A DNA stretch of 35,658 nucleotides, taken from positions 1 to 35,658 of the forward strand of contig JAZAMN010000037.1 of NCBI GenBank assembly GCA_036229005.1, read 5' to 3'. The stretch is from Myxococcota bacterium. Its GTDB lineage: Bacteria; Myxococcota_A; UBA796; CAJQPC01. Made by a program: the position numbers and the translations under genes. The notes beneath the pieces are model-generated. The model ran no database searches, was not told the DNA's origin, and saw only the letters and a list, made by a program, of their open reading frames with translations. Shown here piece by piece: positions 18,119-25,433 of the stretch (positions are counted from its first letter, which is position 1; each line of letters opens with the position of its first letter).

Positions 18119-18312
18119 CTTGAAGGCTCCGAGGCCAAAATCATAGCCTGATCGCCACCCGGGCCAATGTTTCATTAGGTTGATTCAGTGAAACAAATGA
18201 ACCAGCGACAGTTAGTGAAAGTGGCTTGCAAATAAAGGAAGATCGCTGCCTTTTGTGGACAGTCACGGCGCGCTTGTGTGACTCTCAGGTGAGATACTCC
18301 GAGGAACACTCC
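18119..18312. promoter_or_regulatory. AT-rich divergent promoter region with two inverted-repeat operator candidates
   Basis: TGTTTCA-N14-TGAAACA (18168-18195) and AGTCAC-N11-GTGACT (18261-18283) between the divergent sulP and 4Fe-4S/NrfD starts. Confidence 0.55.
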
Positions 18313-19995
18313 GTGAACTACGGCTTCGTCATCGACACCCGCAGCTGCATCGGGTGCCATGCCTGCTCCACGGCATGCAAGAGCGAGAACCAGGTGCCCT
18401 TGGGGACCTACAGGACCTGGGTCAAATACACCGAGACCGGGGTGTATCCGGACGCCAAGCGGCACTTCCAGGTCACGCGCTGCAACCACTGCGCGAACCC
18501 CCCCTGCGTGCGCATCTGCCCCGTCACGGCGATGTACCAGCGCACCGACGGCATCGTGGAGTTCGACTCGGACGTCTGCATCGGCTGCAAGGCCTGCATG
18601 CAGGCCTGCCCCTACGACGCGATCTACGTGGACCCCGACTCGGGCACCGCGGCCAAGTGCCACTACTGCGGGCACCGCGTGGAGAGCGGGCTGGAGCCCT
18701 CCTGTGTGGTGGTGTGCCCCACCCACAGCATCATCGCCGGCGACATGGACGACCCCTCCTCGGAGATCTCCAAGGTCCTGGCCAAGAACGCGGTGACGGT
18801 CCGCAAGCCGGAGCAGGGGACCGCCCCCAAGCTCTTCTACGTGGAGGGCCACGACGCCTCCATGCACCCCACGGCCGGCCAGCGGCACCCCGACCAGATG
18901 ATCTGGGCGGACAGCCTGGACGAGAACGGGCAGCACGCGGGCAACCCCTACGACCAGGAGAATCACGCGCAGGTGCACCTGGACCTGCCCTCCTTCGACG
19001 ACGTGGTCGGGGGCCGCACCCACTCCAACGGCACGCCCATCCGCATCCCCCAGGCCCAGGGCCAGCCGCTCAACGGGCCCATCCAGGCCAGCCCGGGGCA
19101 CAGCCCCGCCGAGCACATGGTGCAGACGGCCTACAACGCCCAGCACAAGGTGCCCTGGCACTGGCAGGTGCCGGCCTACCTGGTCACCAAGGGCATCGGC
19201 GCGGGGGTGTTCGGCGTTCTGGCCCTCAGTGTCCTCGCTGGCGCCCAGGTCTCCAACCAGGTGGCTGCGCTGGGGGGCATCGTCGGTGTGGTCATGTTGC
19301 TGGTCACCACGGTCCTCCTCGTCGCAGACCTGGAGCGTCCCGAGCGCTTCCTGCGCATCATCCTGCGCCCTCAGATGAAGTCGTGGCTGACCCGCGGTGC
19401 CTTCATCCTGATCGCCTTCTCCAACGTGGCCGCCGTCTGGGCCGGCTGGGAGCTGGCCGCCTGGATGGACTGGGCGCCGCTGCCCGACCCCGCGCGCATG
19501 GCCCTGGCCGCCGTGAGCTTGCCCCTGGCGCTGGGCGGTGCGGTCTACACGGCCTTCCTGTTCGCCCAGTGTGAGGGCCGCGACCTCTGGCAGTCCCCGC
19601 TGCTGCCTGTGCACCTGGTCGTCCAGGCCGCGATGATGGGCGGGGCCGGTCTCTCCCTCATCGGCATGCTCACCGACATCGGGGCGGTCGCCGCCATCGC
19701 CCACTGGACCTTCGCGATCGCCGTCATCGTCGACCTGATGGTCATCCTGGGCGCCGAGTTCGGCATGGCCCACGCCAGCGAGGTCGCGGCCGTCGCGGCC
19801 CACAAGATCACCCACGGCAAGTACAAGAACCTGTTCTGGGGCGGGGCCATCGTGCTCGGCCACGTCATCCCCGCTGCCCTGCTCCTGCTCGGCAACCCCA
19901 TCGCCGCTGGCGCCGCCGCCCTGGCCGCCATCGTGGGCCTCTACGCCTACGAGCACGCCTTCGTGATGGCCCCCCAAGAAGTCCCGAACAGCTGA
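18313..19995 (+). CDS. Fusion of a four-cluster 4Fe-4S electron-transfer subunit (PsrB/NrfC-like) and an NrfD/PsrC-like membrane anchor
   Basis: CIGCHACSTAC, CNHCANPPCVRICP, CIGCKACMQACP, KCHYC...PSCVVVCP; then PWHWQVPAYL, ADLERPERF, SWLTRGA, YTAFLF..GRDLW with about 8 TMs. GTG at 18313 with GAGGA RBS. Confidence 0.92.
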   Translation: MNYGFVIDTRSCIGCHACSTACKSENQVPLGTYRTWVKYTETGVYPDAKRHFQVTRCNHCANPPCVRICPVTAMYQRTDGIVEFDSDVCIGCKACMQACPYDAIYVDPDSGTAAKCHYCGHRVESGLEPSCVVVCPTHSIIAGDMDDPSSEISKVLAKNAVTVRKPEQGTAPKLFYVEGHDASMHPTAGQRHPDQMIWADSLDENGQHAGNPYDQENHAQVHLDLPSFDDVVGGRTHSNGTPIRIPQAQGQPLNGPIQASPGHSPAEHMVQTAYNAQHKVPWHWQVPAYLVTKGIGAGVFGVLALSVLAGAQVSNQVAALGGIVGVVMLLVTTVLLVADLERPERFLRIILRPQMKSWLTRGAFILIAFSNVAAVWAGWELAAWMDWAPLPDPARMALAAVSLPLALGGAVYTAFLFAQCEGRDLWQSPLLPVHLVVQAAMMGGAGLSLIGMLTDIGAVAAIAHWTFAIAVIVDLMVILGAEFGMAHASEVAAVAAHKITHGKYKNLFWGGAIVLGHVIPAALLLLGNPIAAGAAALAAIVGLYAYEHAFVMAPQEVPNS

Positions 19996-20006
19996 GGGCC
20001 CACCGC

Positions 20007-22982
20007 ATGGCTACCGCAAGCTTCACTCTCTCCCAGCTCTTCCAGACCGTCCTGGGCTTCGCGCGCAGCGAGGCCCCGGCGCCCCGAGCGCGCCATCAGC
20101 CCAAGGCCCCCACGAACGTGGCCGGCAAGCAGATGCCCGAGTTCGGCGAGTCGCCGGAGCCGCCCACCAAGCTCACCCGCGTCGAGCACCCCGACGGCCG
20201 CATGAGCCAGTATCCGCCCCCCGACAAGTGGAACGACTGGGTCGAGTACGACGGCAAGCTCTGGCCCCGCCGCGTGGCCCGCCGCTACACGCTGGTGCCC
20301 ACCATCTGCTTCAACTGCGAGAGCGCCTGCGGGCTGCTGGCCTACGTGGACCGCGAGACCCTGGAAATCCGCAAGTTCGAGGGCAACCCCACGCACCCCG
20401 GCTCCCGCGGCCGAAACTGCGCCAAGGGCCCCGCGACCCACAACCAGATCTACGACCCCGAGCGCATCCTGTACCCCCTCAAGCGGGTGGGCGAGCGCGG
20501 CGCCGGTCAGTGGAAGCGCATCACCTGGGAGCAGGCGCTCGACGAGATCTCCGAGAAGATGCGGGCCTCCCGCCAGAAGCGCAACGACGGCATCATGTAC
20601 CACGTGGGCCGCCCCGGAGAGGACCACTACACCAACCGCGTCATCCAGAGCTGGGGCGTGGACGGCCACAACTCCCACACCAACATCTGCTCCAGCGCGG
20701 CCCGCTGCGGCTACTTCCTGTGGTCCGCCGGCGACCGGCCCAGCCCCGACCACGCCAACGCGCGCTGCATCCTGCTGGTGAGCTCGCACCTGGAGACCGG
20801 CCACTACTTCAACCCCCACGCCCAGCGCATCATCGAAGCCAAGATGAACGGCGCGAAGATCATCACCTTCGACCCGCGCCTTTCCAACACCGCGGCCAAG
20901 TCGGACGTCTGGCTGCCCACCTGGCCCGGCAGCGAGACCACCCTGCTGCTGACCATCTGCAACGCGCTGATCCAGGACGACAGCTACGCCAAGGACTTCG
21001 TCCGCCGCTGGGTCAACTGGGACACCTTCCTGCAGGAGTTCGCGCCCATCGCCGAGTCCAGCGACATGCTGGACGCCGAGCAGAAGGCCGAGCTGCAGGC
21101 CTGCCTGAACAACCCGGACATGAAGTTCGAGGACTTCGACCGGGCGCTCAAGGTGCTCTACCGCAACTTCACCCCCGAGCGGGCCGCGGCCGAGTGCCAG
21201 GTCCCCATCGAGCGCATCCACGAGACCATCCAGTACGTGCGTCAGGCCATCCCCGGCCGCGTCGCTGGCCACGTGTGGCGCTCGGCGTCCATGGGCAACA
21301 AGGGCGGCTGGCAGGTCTCGCGCTGCTTGTTCTTTGTCAGCGTGCTCACCGGCTCCGTCGGCACCGAGGGCGGCACCAGCCTCAATAGCTGGAACAAGTT
21401 CGTCCCCAAGCCCTACAAGAGCCCCCCCGCGTTCAACGCCTGGCAGGACCTGCACCTGCCCGACGAGTACCCCTTCGCGTTCTACGAGATGAGCTTCCTG
21501 CTCCCGCACTTTCTGGAGCAGGGACGAGGCGACGTCGACGTGTATTTCTCACGCGTCTACAACCCCATGTGGATCAATCCCGACGGTTTCATGTGGTTGA
21601 AATCGCTCCGGAACGAGGAACAGATCAAGTGCCACGTGGCCTTGACCCCCACCTGGAACGAGTCCGCCTGGTTCGCCGACTACGTGCTGCCCATGGGCCA
21701 CTCCGGCGAGCGCCACGACCTCATGTCCCAGGAGACCCACTCCGGCATGTGGATCGGCTTCCGCCAGCCCGTGCGCCGCGTCGCCATGGAGCGCCTGGGC
21801 CAGCACGTCGAGCGCACCTATGAGGCCAACCCCGGCGAGGTCTGGGAGGAGAACGAGTTCTGGGTCGACCTGACCTGGAAGATGGACCCCGACAACGCGC
21901 TGGGCATCCGCGAGTGGGTCGAGTCCGTCCAGAAGCCCGGCACGCCCGTCACCCAGGACGAGTACTGGGCCTGGATCTTCGAGCACAGCGTCCCCGGCCT
22001 GCCCGAGGCCGCCAAGGCGGAGGGCCTCAGCGCCCTGGCCTACATGCGCAAGTACGGCTGCTTCGAGGTCGTCAAGACCAACTACCTGCCCTACGAGGCC
22101 GAGCTCCCGGTGGACGGCCCCGGCGGCGTCCTGCTGGAGGACGGCACCCGCCGCGTCGGCTTCAAGACCCCCTCCGGCAAGCTGGAGTTCTTCTCGCCCA
22201 CCATGCGGGACTGGGGCTGGCCCGAGCTCGAGCGCGTGCTGCCCTGGTGGCTGGAGTCCCACGTGGACCCCAAGCACATCGACCGCGACAAGGGCGAGAT
22301 GATCCTGCTGCCGAACTTCCGGCTGCCCACCCTCATCCACACGCGCTCCGCCAACTGCAAGTGGCTCTACGAGATCAGCCACGCCAACCCCATCTGGATG
22401 AACCCCCTGGACGCCCAGCGCATCGGCGTCCGCAACGGCGAGCTCGTCCGCGTCGAGACCCGCATCGGCTGGTTCGTCGACAAGGTCTGGGTGACCGAGG
22501 GCATCAAGCCCGGCATCATCGCCATGAGCCACCACCTGGGCCGTTGGCGCCTCCAGGACGACCTGGGCGGCCCCCGCGGGACCACGGCCCTGGCCCGCCT
22601 GGGCGAGAGCGGCAGCACCCACACCCTGACCATGACCAAGGGCGCCGGCCCCTGGAGCTCCGCCGACCCCGACACCGAGCGCATCTGGTGGAAGGACGTG
22701 GGCGTGCACCAGAACCTGACCCACGCCGTCCAGCCCGACCCGGTCGCCGGCCACCACTGCTGGCTGCAGAAGGCCATCAGCGTGCGCCGCGCCCAGCCCG
22801 GCGAGAAGCACGGCATGGTCAGCGTGGACGTCGACAAGTCCATGGCCGTCTTCGACGAGTGGCTGGCCCTCACCCGCCCCGCCTCCAAGCACAGCCCCGA
22901 CGGCACCCGCCGCCCCTACTGGCTCAAGCGCCCGCTCAAGCCGGTCCGTGAGGCCTACAATCTTCCCGACAAGAAGGACTGA
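20007..22982 (+). CDS. DMSO-reductase-family (bis-MGD) molybdopterin oxidoreductase catalytic subunit, Psr/Phs/Arr-like, no Tat signal
   Basis: FS0 motif CFNCESAC...NCAKG, DPERILYPLKR, HTNICSS (probable Cys Mo ligand), DPRLSNTA, ADYVLP, FKTPSGKLEF and C-terminal HTRS...WMNPLDAQRIGV. Confidence 0.92.
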   Translation: MATASFTLSQLFQTVLGFARSEAPAPRARHQPKAPTNVAGKQMPEFGESPEPPTKLTRVEHPDGRMSQYPPPDKWNDWVEYDGKLWPRRVARRYTLVPTICFNCESACGLLAYVDRETLEIRKFEGNPTHPGSRGRNCAKGPATHNQIYDPERILYPLKRVGERGAGQWKRITWEQALDEISEKMRASRQKRNDGIMYHVGRPGEDHYTNRVIQSWGVDGHNSHTNICSSAARCGYFLWSAGDRPSPDHANARCILLVSSHLETGHYFNPHAQRIIEAKMNGAKIITFDPRLSNTAAKSDVWLPTWPGSETTLLLTICNALIQDDSYAKDFVRRWVNWDTFLQEFAPIAESSDMLDAEQKAELQACLNNPDMKFEDFDRALKVLYRNFTPERAAAECQVPIERIHETIQYVRQAIPGRVAGHVWRSASMGNKGGWQVSRCLFFVSVLTGSVGTEGGTSLNSWNKFVPKPYKSPPAFNAWQDLHLPDEYPFAFYEMSFLLPHFLEQGRGDVDVYFSRVYNPMWINPDGFMWLKSLRNEEQIKCHVALTPTWNESAWFADYVLPMGHSGERHDLMSQETHSGMWIGFRQPVRRVAMERLGQHVERTYEANPGEVWEENEFWVDLTWKMDPDNALGIREWVESVQKPGTPVTQDEYWAWIFEHSVPGLPEAAKAEGLSALAYMRKYGCFEVVKTNYLPYEAELPVDGPGGVLLEDGTRRVGFKTPSGKLEFFSPTMRDWGWPELERVLPWWLESHVDPKHIDRDKGEMILLPNFRLPTLIHTRSANCKWLYEISHANPIWMNPLDAQRIGVRNGELVRVETRIGWFVDKVWVTEGIKPGIIAMSHHLGRWRLQDDLGGPRGTTALARLGESGSTHTLTMTKGAGPWSSADPDTERIWWKDVGVHQNLTHAVQPDPVAGHHCWLQKAISVRRAQPGEKHGMVSVDVDKSMAVFDEWLALTRPASKHSPDGTRRPYWLKRPLKPVREAYNLPDKKD

Positions 22983-22985
22983 CGC

Positions 22986-23945
22986 TTGACCCCCCAAAAG
23001 CTGGCCGTCGCCCGCGGCCGCTCCTACGACCTGCTGGCGTCCCTGCTCGCCCAGGGGGCCTGGCCGCGTCGGGAGCACATCGCGCAGCTCCCCAGCCTGT
23101 CCTCGCTGGTGCCCCAGACCCAGGATCTGTGCGAGGCCCAGCACTTCCAGGTGTTGGACCGACAGGTGCACCCCTACCTCTCCGTCTACCTCCACCCCGA
23201 AGGCCTCCGGGGAGGCGACGTCGCCGCCTCCGTCCGCGACACCCTCTCCGAGGTCGGCTTCGGCGGCCGGGACGACGTCGAGTCCGACCACATCGCCAAC
23301 GTGCTCTCCGGCCTGGCCTTCCTCTGCGGCGCCGAGGCCGACGCCCTCGCCGACCATCAGCCCGCCGAGGTCTCCCGCGTCCGCCAGGTCCAGCGCCAGG
23401 TCATCGACAGCTGCCTGCTCCCCGCCGCGCCGCCTCTCTGGGTCGCGCTCCTGGGGCAGGGCGGTCTCTATGGGGAGGCCACTGGGATCCTGGTCGAGCT
23501 CGTCGCGGACCACCGCCAGAGCTTGGGGGCCCCCGCAGATCTCCCCCCTCTGCCCGCAGTCGAGGACATCCTCAGCCACAAGAAGACCGGCCTCAAGCGC
23601 ATCGCCCAGTTCCTGGCCCACCCGGTGAACTCCGGCGGCCTGTGGACCCAGCAGGCGCTCGGGGCCATCGGTGATGCCGCCGGCCTGCCTCGGGGCTTCG
23701 GCTCGCGCTGGCAGGTCATCGAGAACCTGATGCGCTCGGGCGTGCAGCACGACGGGCTCCCCGCGGTGCTCCAGGGCATGGACGCCGAGCTCTCGCGCTG
23801 GCTGGGGCTCTACGGCCAGTGGGACGCCCAAGGGCTGAACACCGGCGCCTGGCAGGTGCGCGTGCAGGAGACCCGCGGGATGCTGGGGCGCATGGCGGAG
23901 GCGCTGCGGGAGGGTCTCGCGGAAGAGGCCAGCGGCCCCGAGTGA
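22986..23945 (+). CDS. TorD/DmsD/NarJ family maturation chaperone, extended
   Basis: VHPYLSVYL and ESDHIANVLSGLAFLC (E-x-DH motif); 3 bp downstream of the Mo subunit. Confidence 0.8.
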   Translation: MTPQKLAVARGRSYDLLASLLAQGAWPRREHIAQLPSLSSLVPQTQDLCEAQHFQVLDRQVHPYLSVYLHPEGLRGGDVAASVRDTLSEVGFGGRDDVESDHIANVLSGLAFLCGAEADALADHQPAEVSRVRQVQRQVIDSCLLPAAPPLWVALLGQGGLYGEATGILVELVADHRQSLGAPADLPPLPAVEDILSHKKTGLKRIAQFLAHPVNSGGLWTQQALGAIGDAAGLPRGFGSRWQVIENLMRSGVQHDGLPAVLQGMDAELSRWLGLYGQWDAQGLNTGAWQVRVQETRGMLGRMAEALREGLAEEASGPE

Positions 23946-24224
23946 GCGCCCCCCTGTGGCTACGGGGTCTGAGTGAGCGAGAGGGGGTGGCTACGGGGCC
24001 TCAGTGAGCGCTCTCCCGAGGCTACCGGGTCTCGGTGAGCGATTTCTCCACCGGTGGGCGCCTCCAGGCCGGGGTCTGGGCCCAAACTGGCCGTTCTCAG
24101 GCCGAATCAGGCCCTCCCGGACCCGGATCGGTGGGCCAAGCGCTCACCGGTGGGCCGTAGCCTCCAAGAAGCGCTCACTCAGCCCCCGTAGCCCCCACCG
24201 GCCCGTCATTCGCCCCCCGTAGCC
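23927..24224. repeat. Palindromic repeat element: four direct and three inverted copies of a 22-bp unit (GGCTACGGGGnnnnRGTGAGCG) at a 31-bp period
   Basis: + copies start at 23927, 23958, 23989 and 24020; - copies span 24141-24162, 24172-24193 and 24203-24224. All spacers are 9 bp; the centre is 99 bp. Confidence 0.9.
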
Positions 24225-24754
24225 TCGCTCAGGAACCCCGGCGGCACCGCGTCCGTCAGCCACACCCCGTTCTCCGAGCGGAAGAAGCAGTGCCCAGCCT
24301 CCGCCATTCCCGCCGCGTCGACCCGCAGCAGCACCGGCTTGCCCCGGCGGCCACCGACATCCAGCGCGGTCTCCCGGTCAGTGCTCAGGTGTACGTGGTG
24401 ACGGGCCTGGCGGGTCAGGCCCTGCTCCCGAATGGCCGGCAGGAAGCGCGCGACCGTCCCGTGGAAGAGCACGTCCGGGGGCTGCAGCGGCTCCAGGCCC
24501 AGGTCGACCGCGATCGAGTGCCCCTGGTTCGCCCGGATGCGCAGCCCGTCGGAGGAGAGGGCGAAGCGGCGCTTGGAGCTCTCGCGGACCACCGCTTCGA
24601 CCCGCTGGCGGGACCAGGACGGATCTCTGGACTGGAGCGCGCGAACGAGGACATCGACGGCCACCCAGCCGCCGGCATCTAGGGTCAGCCCCGCGTCCTG
24701 GGGCTTGTGCCTCAGTAGATAGGCGAGGGTCTTGGAGTGGGTGGGATTGGACAT
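24206..24754 (-). CDS. kptA: RNA 2'-phosphotransferase (Tpt1/KptA family)
   Basis: SKTLAYLLRH, LDAGGWV, KRRF, RIRANQGHS, LFHGT, RHHVHLS, SENGVWLT; ATG at 24754. Confidence 0.96.
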   Translation of the reverse strand: MSNPTHSKTLAYLLRHKPQDAGLTLDAGGWVAVDVLVRALQSRDPSWSRQRVEAVVRESSKRRFALSSDGLRIRANQGHSIAVDLGLEPLQPPDVLFHGTVARFLPAIREQGLTRQARHHVHLSTDRETALDVGGRRGKPVLLRVDAAGMAEAGHCFFRSENGVWLTDAVPPGFLSEATGGE

Positions 24755-24836
24755 GGCGCATGGGTAGGCGCCATCCCCAAGCCGGCAAGTCCTGGGTTGC
24801 TGCCGGCATCTCGCCCTCCCATGCCACAATCCCCCC

Positions 24837-25334
24837 ATGCTCCTGCTCCTCCTCACTGCCTGCGACCCCTACTCCTGCGGCGACTACCGCATCTCCGGCG
24901 ACTTTGGCGAGGTGCAGGCGGGGGAGTGGTGCGGTCTGTACGGGAGCTACGGCTTCCACTACCTGGACAGCGACCAGCTCCAGCTCATCCTGGAGCCCGG
25001 CAGCGCGGACGACGAGATCAACGCTCTGAGGATCCACCACCTGGCCATCACGGAGCTGCGCTTCCCCTACAGCGCCCTGGAGCAGGGGGCGGTCCTGTCG
25101 GCGGACGACTTCGACTCCGTGGTCTGCGGCGTGGCCCCTCAGGGCGCGGGCAGCGGTAGCCTGACCTTCGTCGAGGCCAGCGATGTGCGGCTCGAGGTCG
25201 GTCGGCCCACCGACAAGACGCTGGTGGGGGACTTTGCCTGGACGCTCGACTGGCAGGTCACCTGCGAGGGCAACTGGGTGTCCGAGGCCAGCGGCTCCGA
25301 CACCGTCGAGTTCACCGAGCAAGCCAGCGAATAG
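24837..25334 (+). CDS. Hypothetical lipoprotein
   Basis: MLLLLLTAC lipobox, high GC3, four further Cys residues; no family recognised. Confidence 0.7.
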   Translation: MLLLLLTACDPYSCGDYRISGDFGEVQAGEWCGLYGSYGFHYLDSDQLQLILEPGSADDEINALRIHHLAITELRFPYSALEQGAVLSADDFDSVVCGVAPQGAGSGSLTFVEASDVRLEVGRPTDKTLVGDFAWTLDWQVTCEGNWVSEASGSDTVEFTEQASE

Positions 25335-25433
25335 GCCGCCCGATCCCCCCGCGCACTTTCGAGCTTCTCAGGTCATAGCTACAATGGCCCGCCCCCCGTC
25401 TCGCTCGCGGGGGGCCAAGACCAGGACTTGCCC

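Noticed and set aside
18180..18193. FNR box TTGAT-TCAG-TGAAA
   Set aside because: The second half-site matches ATCAA poorly; only a half-site is present.
20265..20290. PRRVARRY as a Tat motif in the Mo subunit
   Set aside because: It lies about 90 residues in, directly before the FS0 cysteines, with no following hydrophobic h-region.
20007..22982. Formate dehydrogenase or selenoprotein call
   Set aside because: No in-frame TGA, and the ligand region (HTNICSS) lacks the Fdh C/U-H pattern; the NrfD-type anchor fits the Psr-like group better.
23819..24222. Small ORFs 23819-24007 and 24004-24222 across the repeat element
   Set aside because: They are translations of the repeat itself, with no coding-like codon bias or RBS.
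23927..24224. CRISPR array interpretation of the periodic repeats
   Set aside because: Spacers are only 9 bp, the repeats are degenerate in the middle, orientation flips halfway, and there are no cas genes.
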